Assembly (NCBI GenBank): GCA_973895155.1
Contig: OZ316896.1
Coordinates: forward strand, 12,132,549 to 12,196,548
Reading direction: 5' to 3'
Source of the DNA: Marsupella aquatica
Lineage: Eukaryota > Plantae > Marchantiophyta
Length of the DNA: 64,000 nucleotides
The notes beneath the pieces were generated by a model that did not search any database, was not told the DNA's origin, and saw nothing but the letters and a program-made list of their open reading frames with translations. The position numbers and the translations under genes are program-made. Shown here piece after piece: positions 12,401 to 24,400 of this stretch (within the stretch, counting starts at the first letter, position 1; the number at the start of each line of letters is the position of its first letter).

Positions 12401-13440
12401 AGATGTGGAGCAGAGCTGCTTTGTTCTACCAGACGGATTAACACGCATCGTCGATGCAGTGATAATTGAATGAGCTGAAGCTCTCTGGCAGTGCCTAGCT
12501 CACACTTGAGACCGAGAATGCAAGGTGTCTCGTCGTCCCTGTTGTCTCCCCCGTCACCCATGAGCCAGTTGACGGCGGCATCCACAGAGGAGGGAACGCT
12601 CATGTGAACCATAACCACTCGGATGTAGAAATCAGGAACAGACGGGGGGCTGACGTACGAGTTCGGAGGTTTCGGCATCAGCTTCATTGTCCGCTTTTGG
12701 ATAATGATAAGGTAGAAATCCCCATGCACAGCTCTTCTTATGCTACGGAATGGCACGCTCTTCTGGACCAACTTTATACGGTCCTCGTCCATGAAAAACC
12801 TTTCCCCGGTCTTGCAGCATAGCTCTTCTGGGTCCTCTTCGACATAGTCGACATAATGCTGTTCATGCCCGAGCACTTTCTTAGACTCGGTCCGGCACTC
12901 ACTTTCCTTCCGGTCCTTCACTAATTTTGTTTGCACGTCCAACCTCGACTTACCTTCGATTAACGAAGGTCCGTAAGAGGACGCATCACGGGAAATACTG
13001 CTACGACTAGATTTCCTTTCATGTTCAATACATTCACGCCTGAATTGTGAGCTTGTAAGCGCTTCGGGGTTATACTCAGTCAAATGGCATTCGCTCTCTA
13101 TGTGTTCCCTTTCTCGTCTCTGCGCGTCCTCTCTCAACGCAGCTTCGAATAACTGGAGGCCGTAAGCCTTCCGAGAACTCCTTTTAAAAGTTGGTTGACG
13201 TTCAGCTGCTTCTACTAACGACGGGCCGTGCGAGATCGGTGCGCTTTTGTTTGATTTTACTATACCCACGGGGTCGAGTTCGAGTGCCTGTGCAGGTCGT
13301 GAGCTCCTCTTAGGTCCGGATTCGAGGTCATTCAGTCCGTCTGTCTGAGAGTCAGAGCCGTCCGGTGACTTCTCTTCTCCATTGACATCTTTCTCGGCTG
13401 GGAACAATCCCAGCCCGAGTCGACGAACTTTCGATATCAT
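9427..13440 (-). CDS. Fusion of a WRN/DEDDy-type 3'-5' exonuclease-like domain (degenerate) and a UPF1/DNA2/NAM7-like SF1B helicase, about 1118 aa, 4 exons
   Basis: Predicted exons 13440-12194, 12027-11946, 11800-11624 and 11277-9427 have GT-AG borders and join in frame (3357 nt). Helicase motifs: GPPGTGKT, AYQNVAVRHL, IIDESSQ, GDPHQLPP, EQYRMPPSI, NVDSFQGQQ, RRACVMLSRVR. Exonuclease-like motifs: ILGLKCE, LQLIQLS..RRCVLIRL, VVKTGTEIEDD, SDWGRSELSSNQIKYGILNA. The start codon is uncertain: ATG 13440 directly follows an acceptor-like TTCCCAG. Confidence 0.85.
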
Positions 13441-16400
13441 CTGGGAAGCACAAACCACCATGAGTCATGGTTCAATAGTTGCAGCAGTTAAAGTCAATTA
13501 ATAGCCGTAAGATTGGACGCGACTCAGACAAATAACAGGCCCTTGGAAGACAGATTACACGAGGGTGTCATATTCGGCGAATTCACTACTCTGGGTCCAA
13601 CTTTTGCATTGATTTCATGCGCCTTGAGTCAAGAGTTACCATTTTGCTAGATGCTGAAGTTGGCACATTGATGGACCCCGTTAGAAATTTATCGAAGGCA
13701 CGTGTGGGCGCACCACTACCAGAACCCGGACTGAAATTCAAAGCCTTTTCTCTTTTGCTGAGAATTGCAATTGTTCCGCAGCTAGTTCGAACTTGGCAAC
13801 AACAAAGTCAAAGGGTCACGAACTCAAAACAGCAAACAGCTTCGGAGCTCGTTCGAAATTTTGATCTGCGACAAGCATCCAAAGGAGCACGTTTGTCTTC
13901 CACACCTGCAGGACTCAACAAAGCACAAGCCCTGTCCATGTTAAATTCTACGTACCGATCAGCATGAGCACTGCTATTTGACAGCTTTACACCTTAGCTG
14001 ACTAATACACTCTTGCAGCAGTGGCCTACAACCAGCAAGTGACGAGCACTTACAGTATGTCACATCACCCGAGCCGCAGTGAGGTTGTGTTGGCCGTACG
14101 TCGGGGCTAGACTACCAGTTCTAGTGACAAAGGATGCATCGATCCACCTTGGTCCAATCTCTCAAGAGAACAGGCATGTTTCAGATATCACCACTCTACA
14201 TTAGTTTTTGACCTATTCGCTGGACAAATTGAAGAGTGTTTGCTTCGTTGGAACCAGCTTGCCTCGAATTCCCAGCGCCGACCATTCGAGCAGGATACCG
14301 GTAGACTGGAACAACTCCCTTGCCTTTTCTGTGTACCAACCTGTGTGACAATACGCTTTCAGTGTCACGGGTAAAGGGCCACTGTTGAAATAGGGTAGAA
14401 AATTGTGTACAAATCGATTTGTTAGAACTTTGCAAATGCAGAAAGCATCACCAATGGTCACGCGACTCCTAACCATACTCGTAGTGTTTTAAGTCCCTTC
14501 CCATGTAATTCAGAAACAGTATATTTACTAAGATTTCAAAGCCTGTCTTGCACATCACAAAAGAATGTGAGATTCCTCCCAGAACATGGTAAGTACATTG
14601 ACCGGGAAATTGGAGGAGCACGATTCATTCGTTTAACGAGAGCAGATACGCCGAAGATGGTTTCCAGTAAGAGAAGTGGTATACATCTCACGACCAGTGA
14701 AAACATTACAGCCTTTGTCCCCAACCAAGTGGGTTGAACCGTGAAACATACCTCCGAGGGGTAACTAACAGGACCGAGGCAGTCCCTCCGGCCATTGAGA
14801 AAAGCCTAATTCAAGAATTCCTGATGCCTTGAACGCTGAATAAATGGGCGAAGGTGACATTTGACAGGCACGCTTCCGCTGCACCAACAATCACACGTTG
14901 ACATATTGCATATTAGCCATCCAAGTACCGTAGTCGCCAAGAAACATCGATGCTGGAAGAATAGGGTCCATTCTGTAGGCAGGTATTGCCACGCCAGGGA
15001 CACTCACAGATACGAATTGCCATATCGGAGACAAGCACCGCAAATCAGTGAAATTGAGGTATGTTGGCCATGACGCTATCCTACAAATATGATATAAGTT
15101 GATTCTAATCTTATTGGTGAATTCCACTTCTTCGTGGTGCATGCAATCACTCGATGATGACGCCCTGAACCATACTGATTGAAACGGTCAAATAAGTACC
15201 AGAAACAACGTCATGGAGCCAGATCCGGGATCGAATTCGGGAATCACATACCACCGTTGTAGGACGACTTGAGTTTGACGCGCAGACAAATAACAACTTC
15301 CAATATCGATATTTCGTTGTACTGAAATCGGTCCAAAGATCAGAGAACGAAAACCTTGAAATTATGGGCGACAATGTGAATGTTGAAGAGTCGACGTTCT
15401 TGGGCAACACGCTCGAAACTTTTGCTAGTAAATAATTCCAGAACTAAAACTGTAAAGCCCCTGGAGCCTGGATGAGAGCAATCGTAGACGTCACAGAGTT
15501 GACTTGGCATTCACGCGTCCTCTACACGCATTTGAATCGCACAAGGTCATGCCTGAGCACCGTGATTGCCAGGTGCTTTCCACACAAAGACCGCTGACAA
15601 AAAGCACCGCTATTCTCAGCAACACCCCTGGGCAATCCATTTACTCAGTTGCCAACTCGCTGCAATGTCCCTTCAAGAACTCGACGGCGCAAGAAGAGCT
15701 TCAACGATCAATCAAAACGAATGCCTGCATTCGAAGGCCCTTCAACAATGTAGGCTTTCCTACAGTAGGCAAATACATACACAGGATCACCCGCATAAAA
15801 CCTAAACCCGCTTCGGACAAGCCAGAATGGGGCTAACTTCGAATTTTAGCATTCATTGGACAGTCACTGCAGTAATCCTCCACGGGCAAGTTGATGTTCA
15901 CACACCATCATCAACTGGCCCTGCAATAATTCGCCACTCAACTGGTGCCCCCGTTCTGCACGGTTCTATTCACAGCCCTTGAAGACGCCGAGAATCCCAA
16001 CTTTTATCCCTTTCGACAAGCTGCCATTCACAGGCTACAACCTGAAAGACGACCAACCCTCACTTGCCAACGCGCAAACCTAGCAACATATCCCCTCCAA
16101 CGGCCAATTTTGCTTTCCTACAGTTAGATTCCAGCGCCAACTTGCTCAATGTCATGAGGTTCACGGTAGGTTAGACCTCCATATCCCTCCAGCCTGCCGA
16201 TTCACAATCACTCAAAGCGGCGTCCTCGACTCCATCCCCTCCTCCCGCTCGCTCCGAATCCACGCCGACCCGGAGATTCACCAATCCAATGCAGCTGAAC
16301 GAAAATCCGCGGCAAATTGCGCGCACCGATCACATCTTCTTCTGCACATGACTCGCGCCTCCAAGATCCACAAAAACCCATCGACCGCTCCACCGATTCC

Positions 16401-16620
16401 CAAACCAAAAACGAATCACATCGACACCTCAGTTCTGCGAACACAAACGCCGAGCGATCCTACATTCGGTCGGGAGGAAGGAACTGATGAGCTCACCCGT
16501 CCATGTGCACCTCGAGAGCGCTCATCGGAAAGGCGGCTCCTGACCTCACCTCAACACAACACAACTGAGCTCAACTCAGCTGAGCTGAGCTGAGCTGCAG
16601 ACGATTACACGAGAGGAGAA
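13441..16620 (-). other. Probable long, multi-exon 5' leader of the helicase gene
   Basis: Donor-like sites on the minus strand at 16496 (GG|GTGAGC), 14751 (AG|GTATGT) and ~13639 (TG|GTAACT), and an acceptor TGCAG before 14878. CT-rich and (CTGAG)n sequence near 16570-16700 resembles a plant TSS/5' UTR. No long conserved ORF is present. Confidence 0.45.
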
Positions 16621-18901
16621 TGGAATTTTGTCGAAACGAGGACAGGAGGAGAATAGGAAGAGGAGGAAGAGGAGGACAATAATGGTACAGTAGTACATTC
16701 GAACTGGGATTTGCTCTCATCACTTCCTTCGCTACAGACAAACACCTACACGAGCCGTTTGTTAGTGAGTTGCTCTGTTTCATTCCATCTAGATTCGGCT
16801 CTTTTCCTTGTCTCTCTCTCCCTCCCCCTCCCCCTTTCTAGACTGTCATCTCGACCGATGATTTCTTTCCGAGGTGCCATCTGGACCGGTGATTTCTTTT
16901 CGAGGTACGCGCTTGTGGACGGTAGACCCCCCAAAATGAAAAGCGTTACACGGTTGGACCTGAATGATCCAGACCCTTGATGGACCTTACATCAACGTGC
17001 CTAAATACTCAGGGCTCCCCATACAACACTTTTCATTTGGGGGCCATCAAACAAGTACCACTTTCTATTTTGTACCATATTTTGTGGATGTGAGGAAGTG
17101 GGTGGGACCCTTCTAATAATGACTTTAGTGAGGGCAGTAGTTAAATCTGTCATGATCTTTATGACAGTCGTCAGATCTTCAAAGATTCGGCCAATCGAAA
17201 TGTAGCAGAAGGTGGATTTTGGTGAGTTTGATATTTTTTTCCCTTGGTTTTTCTTTTGTATCACTGGCTAGCGATACAATAACAGTTGGAGAAGGTAAGA
17301 TTTGATTTATTGAGGTGTACGATTCCTGGAAACTCATTTATTACCACCCTTTCCATTGGGTCCCACTCCTTTTTATGTCAAATTGGATATAGGTGGTAAG
17401 AGAGTAAGTATCAAGTAGTTTGTCCTCCCTTGATAAGAACAAAAGAGGGAATTTTAGTGTCAAGTCACTTTTTATTTGGTTTGTCTATTTCCATTGGCTC
17501 GATGTGTGAAATGAAAAAGATATACAAACATTTTACAGGAAAGTGCCAAACAGAGTCAAAAAGAACAAACAAAAGAGGTCTCAAGTGGACAAAACCAATC
17601 GCAAAAGGAATGAGCAATAGGAAACCCTTTCAAACCAAGAAAGAAAAACTAAAACTAACGCAAATAGATAGAGGTTCTCATCATTCTTAGTAAATGTGAC
17701 AAAAAATTAATGATACACATCAAGTGTCAATATATTGTGAATTTTTCCAAGTAGCAAATCTTCTGTTCTTTTGGACCTCTTATGCTTGAAAGTGAAACCC
17801 AGATGGACCTCCAGGTTTGCTAAAATACTCCCACGGACTTATGCAACTCAGAGGGACCAGGGAGGTTGACTCAAATTTCACTCCCATCATACTGTTAACA
17901 GAAGTGGTATAAATGTGACCTGTAAAAGTATTGGCACCGGCCCGCCTGGACTCTGTCTGTGCCAACCGGTTCTGCATCCTTGTTAGCATTTAGTTACCTT
18001 AGAAATTCCCTGACTACTCAGCTCCCCTCCCCACCTGAGGTATTGCTTATGCTCAGCCACTGATATTTTATTAGGTTCAATTTGAGGTCACAGAAGTGCC
18101 TGGAAAAATTAACATTCCGAATGAAGGCATCTTCTTTGTGATCAATTGGTCCGGACCTGATAAAGCTGCTCTCAGAAAAAGAAACATGGAAGGCCATCCT
18201 GGGAAAAATGAAGCCCTGGTAGACCTCTAGATTTGTCAAAATACTCCCATGGATTTCTGTAAGTCAGATGAACTCCATTTTCCATAATTTTTCCATCCCA
18301 ACTCTGTGATTTCTGTGTAGGTTCCATGGCAGCATAGCTTTCCCTTCCTAGAGCATTATTCGAGATTGTTAACCCCATCAATTATCAATCACCCAAATGA
18401 GTGAAGCTTCCGCACTCCACATCACTTCTGTGATCCGATATTCCCCCTCAGCAGCCTAACCAAGTAAGAAATGTAGTGTTGCCACACTCTTAAGTAATTA
18501 CACTTCGAAATGATACACTAGATGCTTATATAGATTCTAAATAAGTAGTGGTTGAAAATCTAGAAGATAGATAAATTTATTCTAAAATTTCTAACAAAGA
18601 AGAATATACAGCTTCTATATTTGGACCATTAAAAACTACTTCTCAAATCATGCGCGAACCTCAAACGTCACTACGATTCTGTACCGAACAATAGTACACC
18701 CCAGATTCGCTGACTGGGATTGGATTTATGCCAGCTGTCGGTCACCTGCCAAACATGGGTCCAACCGAACGAGACATTCCCTTCTGCCAGAAACCGTTCT
18801 ATCCGGTAAAAGTGCAAAACCCCCCAAAAAGCCTTCACGTAAGAAAACACAGGACAAATCGCAGTCGTTGCTTCGCATGGGAATCTCGTGAGCCGGGCCT
18901 T

Positions 18902-19570
18902 ACGGGAAATTCCCCTTACCCGAGCACAGGACTCTCGAAGGTGTACAGGAATCTGGGCCGTCTATATTTCCTCTAGACGGTTCCGATGGGACTACCGTGA
19001 GTGGGCCCCAAATCGGCTACGGAAATTTCCTTACCCGAGTACAGTCCTGCCGAAGGTGTACAGGAATCTGGGCCGTCCAAATGTCGAATGGACGGCTCCA
19101 ACTTAATTTTTGTGCGGAGGTTTTTCCCGTTGAAACTTTATTGTCCGTAGCGGCTCAAATCACGAAGGAATACTGTCTGTTCTGTCTAAGTTCACCGTAC
19201 AGAACTGCAAACCCCTAAACTGCAAGGCTGGTTGTTATTGTCCCTTTTCCTTGTCGGTTTTGTTCCCGATCTCTTTGCACTTTTTGTCAGTATTTCAAGG
19301 TCTATCGTAGACTAGAAAATCTAAGTGCAAACTCTCTCTAAAAGTGTCCTTCTGGTAAATGCACATCAAAACTAGGTCTATGATGTATTGGGTTATGTGG
19401 AATGTGCCTACAGGTTGGACTGACTTTCCATGCGTTACATGGAATGTGCCCATAAGTTCGAAGGATTTTCCAAAGCGCACTCTGGAACGTGCCCACAGGT
19501 TGGACAGATTTTCCATGTGCCCACATGTTAATCAGATTTTCCATATCACAAGCTGGAATGTGTCAGTGGG
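18902..19570. repeat. Short duplications: a 60-bp direct repeat and TGGAATGTGCC repeats
   Basis: CCTTACCCGAG.ACAG.....CGAAGGTGTACAGGAATCTGGGCCGTC occurs in blocks at about 18902 and 19019. TGGAA(T/C)GTG(C/T)C occurs about 4 times in 19398-19565. Confidence 0.7.
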
Positions 19571-19880
19571 TTAGACTAATTGTCCATAATAAACTCTTAA
19601 CTGTTCCATTATTGTTATCATTCTAGTGTTTCTTCTAAGTATATTGTTACCATTCAAGTGTTTCTTCTAAGTATCTGACTGCTGCTTTTTTATGTGCAAT
19701 GACTGGGAACTTTGCCCATCACCTGAACTTATTGAATAGCTCAAATCAATGCACTCTCTTCAAACTTCAGATCACTCTAGATATAATTACTATCTTCCCA
19801 TCTTCCTAATTCTTCAATCTTTACTGACCCCCATGGTTCCAAAATTCCTGGATGCACGTGTAGCCACATCAACATGATGG

Positions 19881-20690
19881 TTCCAAAATTCCTGGATGCA
19901 AGTGTAGCCGTGCATGAACATGATTTGTCACAAACAGTTATGATTAACAACTAGCTATGCAAGAAGAACCAAATTTAACTATTTGTGTTTGAGGCAAAGC
20001 AAAGAAAAACAATTAGACCCTAATTGTAAAATTAATGGAAAATTGAAAAATAACATTTCAAGTAAACAAAGAAAATTGTAAAATAGGAGTCAAATAAACT
20101 AATATTTGGATGAGTTGTGATTGATATTTCAGTGTTTTCTAGTAATCTATTTTTAATTTTCTATTTAATTTACAGTTTTGAAATAATGACAAGTAGAAAT
20201 AAGTTCTTCAGCTCCTCTAACATTTACCAAGGTAACATATTAAGAAACCCAATAAAATTCTCAACTTCTCTAACATTTACCAAGGTAACTTAATTAACCC
20301 TTTTGGCTACTTTAGATAGAGGAGTAACAAGCAACTTAAGGTAATCTTGAAACACCATTTAACTAGTATGGGTAGACTGATAGCAAGGGACTTTAAGACC
20401 TTTCAACTACCTTGGACAAAGTAATACTTTGCATCAATTATATGAAATGTTACATGAATTATATAGACTGTATAGAGATCATACTAAGGGAAAAGTTTAC
20501 CCTGGGCATTATCATTATGTACTCCTATTTGTCTTCAATGAAATTGTCCTAAAGTTCTACCTCTAAAATTCACTTGGTTTAGAATCCTCCATTTAATCTC
20601 TGTATTCTTATCTATCTATTCCAATGTGCAACTCCAAATAGTTCAATAAAATGAGCTTACATATATAACCAAGGGGTACTCAAACTAATT
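19881..20690 (+). repeat. Long degenerate direct repeat, copy 1 (~800 bp)
   Basis: Colinear with 22901-23679 from TTCCAAAATTC.TGGATGCAAGTGTAGCC, through TTTGGATGAGTTGTGA, ACATTTACCAAGGTAAC and GATAGAGGAGTAACAAG, to CTCAAACTAATT. Confidence 0.85.
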
Positions 20691-20707
20691 TGATTCATTC
20701 TTCTATC

Positions 20708-20734
20708 TATATATATATATATATATATATATAT
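20708..20734. repeat. (TA)n microsatellite
   Basis: A run of about 13 TA dinucleotides. Confidence 0.95.
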
Positions 20735-21511
20735 CCAAAACAATGCATTCACTTGAATGTGGATCTAATTTTCTCCAGGTCTAAATTTGGAAATCATGTG
20801 AGCAAATACTCTACAGCCAAGGACTTAGTTTGACTTAATTTTTACTATGGATATCAGGGTTTCTATATCATATGGGTACCCTCAAATCAGGGCAACCCAC
20901 ATATCAAATAATGTACTCTTCTATTCTAAGGCTTTCGTGAGATTTATTCTCTCCCCAAAATCAGTGCAATATTTAATATAGGTCAGACAACCTCCAGTAA
21001 GATTTGAGGGTACCCATTTGTTGAGGAGAGTAGTGAACTGATTGTGATCAAATTAATAACTTTGAACACAATATTGTATGCATATCTATATCCACTTCAT
21101 ACTCGGCATCATTATCACTTCTTGAGAATTTAATCTTCCTTTCAATTTGTTGCTCTACAAAGTTCTCGCATAGACAATCAAACCGGTAATATATCACATT
21201 GAGCTTGCCAAAATAATGCTTAATATATGCTTAAGCTTCAAAAGATTCAATGATCACATTTATTGATATCACCGCTTCAGGTACGTCCTTTAATGGAAAA
21301 GAAAGCACCGTCCTTCATCCAACAAAGCTAAACCCATTTATGTGACTAGCAACAAAAACTGTTATTGTTAGCTCACAATCGTATAGAAGTGACTCCTACC
21401 AAACACGCAAGCTACTTCCACCACCACGTCCAGCCTCCACGACTGTGACTAGTCTTGTAAATACATTCAATCTGCTGCAATGCGACTCAAGTCCATGATC
21501 AGAATTCAATA

Positions 21512-21889
21512 TCATGATTCCTCAGAACACTGATATCTGCCCTTGCTTAAATAGCCAAGTCTCTCGAATATCTGATTGTCCCACTGGCCAACGGACTCTC
21601 TCTCATATACATTTCCTGTGTCTGGATCCCGATCGAGTGACGTTCCTTTCTGAATTGCAGCCTTCACCTCAGCAGGAACGTTCTCTTGCTTAAGGTGCCG
21701 GATGCCAGAGCCTTGCTTCTGCACAGACTCCAAATTCACTGCGGTCAACATACGCATTATATCGTCGTCGACTGGTTGTAACATGACAGATGACTGCAGA
21801 TTCCATTCTGTTTTCCCCGTGCGTGAATACACACTCTGATGAGTGTACTGAGCTCGAGATGATGACCGATTTTTCCTGATTGGAGCCAT
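21512..21889 (-). CDS. Small orphan protein of unknown function, 125 aa (MAPIRKNRSSSRAQYTHQSVYSRTGKTEW...)
   Basis: ATG in good context (GTCATGG) shortly after an acceptor-like TCTTTCTAG. It is a GC-richer island in AT-rich flanks with a normal globular composition. No family motif was recognised. Confidence 0.5.
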   Translation of the reverse strand: MAPIRKNRSSSRAQYTHQSVYSRTGKTEWNLQSSVMLQPVDDDIMRMLTAVNLESVQKQGSGIRHLKQENVPAEVKAAIQKGTSLDRDPDTGNVYERESVGQWDNQIFERLGYLSKGRYQCSEES

Positions 21890-22189
21890 GACTTGTCTTT
21901 GTGTCGCGCGCGAACTCCTGCTCTCGTGCGCGCGCGTCGTTCTAGAAAGATAATGACAAAAACCTCTCGAAAAATGGTGTGAGTTGTTGACCCACAACAA
22001 AAACAGTGTGAGCAGCTCAGGTAGTGTTCTCCAATCCAACGCTCACAATCCTCCGAAGCGAAAAGGCGTCTGAATGCAGGAGAGAGAATCGTCTCGAGCA
22101 GCAAACCGGAATTGTTGGACATAAATAATTGCGCTGCCGGAGGACATATTTGAGTTGGACGTGGTGCCAGCGTTGCTCGGTTCCAAATA

Positions 22190-22380
22190 TTGCTACTCAG
22201 AGTTTGCAATTGGCGATTGGCAGCCTAACTGACCTGCTTGAATTGCTTCCGCGGTTGCACACGCTGCTGCTCAGAATTTGTAATTGGGGATCGGAAGCCC
22301 AAATGACCTGCTTGAATTGATTCCTCGACTGCAAATGCTGCTGCTCAGAGTTTGCAGTTAGGGATAGGAAGCCTAACTCG
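22190..22380 (+). repeat. 74-bp tandem repeat (~2.5 copies), weakly LRR-like when translated
   Basis: CTCAGA.TTTG.A.TT.G.GAT at 22196, 22270 and 22344. Translated pieces read LQLAIGSLTDLLEL and LQLGIGSLTRLRTL. Confidence 0.6.
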
Positions 22381-22659
22381 TCTACGTACTCTTATTAGAG
22401 ATAGCAAACGACGACGACAAACCAAGTGTTGCCTCTCCCTCTCGCTGTGCTTTTGCCGCGCCGCACGACCTAGCAGGAGAAGGAGCAACATGCCTCACAA
22501 TCTCAATATATCTCAATACAGGCAGCACAAACAGCCGCCAGCAGCTGAGGTGGCGCTCTCCGTCCAGTCCGCTTCTCACCTGCATATGCAGACTGTACCG
22601 ACCAGCCTTCAACTTAGTAACGTTCACATTAAAATATATCTTCTCTCCGAAGATGGAAA

Positions 22660-24400
22660 GCCTTCCCTAAGCTGAAGGGAAAGCCTTCCCTAAGCTAATA
22701 TTTCATTTTTTGCAACCATGGTCTCCTTTTCCACTAGAGAAGTTTTAGGGTTAAATCCTATCCGCCACATTATTTACTATACTTACTAGCCCTGAACCAG
22801 TTCTTTGAAAGTGAATAGAGTAATAGAGGAGAGTACTATAAAAGAGTCAATGAGATATATTTACTATTCCCATTCTTTATGTACCCCCACAGGAAGTTGC
22901 TTCCAAAATTCTTGGATGCAAGTGTAGCCATATGAGCATGATTTGTCATAAACAATACCTGTTAGTTATGCAAGATGAACCAAATTTGACTATTAATGTT
23001 TGAATCAAGGCAAAGAAAAATAGACCCTGTAATTGTCAAAACAATGAAAAACTGAAAAATAACATTTGAGGTAAACAAGGAAAGGGGTAAAGTAGGGGTA
23101 AAAAATTTATTTTTTGGATGAGTTGTGAATGATATATCATTGTTTTTGATAATCTGTTTCAATTTTCAATTTAATTTACACATTATTTTTTGAAATAATG
23201 AAAGTAGAAAGAAACTCTTCAACTACTCTAAAATTTACCAAGCTAACATAAGAAACCCAAAAAACTTTTCAACTTTTTTAACATTTACCAAGGTAACCTA
23301 AAAAACACTTTGACTGGATAGAGGAGTAACAAGTAAAAATAAGAAACACCATAACTATTATGGGTAGACGAATACCAACGGATTCTAAGACCTTTCAGCT
23401 ACTATGGACAAAGTAATATTTTGCATGAATCATATGGAATGTTACGTGTATTGTACAGACATATAGAGATACTAAAGAAAACATTGTGCATGGAGAATTA
23501 CCCTTGGTATCACCATACATGAATGTGCTCCTATAATTTGTCTTTAATGAATTATCCTGAGTACCTTTAAAACTTCTCTTCATTTAGAATACTCCATTCT
23601 ATTCCAATGTGCTACTCTTCATGGCTACAAATAGTTCAATAAAATAAGGTTACACAACCAAAGGGTCCTCAAACTAATTGAAACTAAGTTTAACCATCAT
23701 GCCTGGCCCCCTCATTTTAGCAATTACACAGTCATATCATATTAGCATCCTCCTTTCTATCCACATATATTATGGTGGGGCCCTAGAGTCACGGTCTAGA
23801 CGTACGGGGGTCTAGACACTTCATTCTAGAAGCTGCCTAGACCTCAACTAGCTCTAGCTTCCCTTTGAGCTTTATATATAAGATGCGCCAGCAAAGACAC
23901 GCTATTATACCTACATGCCAGGGATGATTGAAATTGAATGGAATGCACTAAGCTTGGCATAAAAGCCCTGGCTCCCTAATCTAATATTTTCCTTAATTTG
24001 AACATTGCGACAAGGGGTCTCCATTTCCATTAGAAGAACTACGCCACGAGTTAAACTAAACACAAACTGACACATTATTAAAATTACGCACCAGCGATGA
24101 AATTGAAAGAAATGGAGTGAGCCTTCCCCAAGCTAATATAATTTCAATTTTTGCAACATTGGTCCTTAGTTTCAATTCAAAGAAACAAGCCAAGTTTAGG
24201 GTTAGATCCGAACACAACCAATGAACACTGGCATTATGGAGGACATTATCATAAATAAACATGCGCCAGTTATGAAATAGAATGCAATGGAGTGAACTTG
24301 GCATAGAGCCTTCCCTAAGCTAATATTTCATCTTTTGCAACAATGGTTCCCACTTCCACTGGAAGAAATATGCCATTGATTTTGAGTTTAGGGATACTTA
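22660..24400 (+). repeat. Dispersed/tandem repeat with core GCCTTCCCTAAGCTAATATTTCA
   Basis: Copies at about 22660/22683, 23970, 24121 and 24308, several followed by TTTAGGG. Confidence 0.65.
22901..23679 (+). repeat. Long degenerate direct repeat, copy 2 (~780 bp)
   Basis: Colinear match to 19881-20690. Confidence 0.85.

Noticed and set aside
13441-13461. ORF-track start MVVCASQ for the helicase gene
   Set aside because: This sequence is a pyrimidine-rich acceptor (TGCTTCCCAG) and is probably intronic.
14196-16450. Separate protein-coding gene in the cluster of short ORFs
   Set aside because: No conserved motif or consistent spliced frame was found. The region is better explained as the helicase 5' leader and introns.
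19881-23679. Intact LTR retrotransposon
   Set aside because: No TG...CA termini, PBS/PPT, TSD or gag-pol similarity were seen, so it is kept only as a direct-repeat-flanked cassette.
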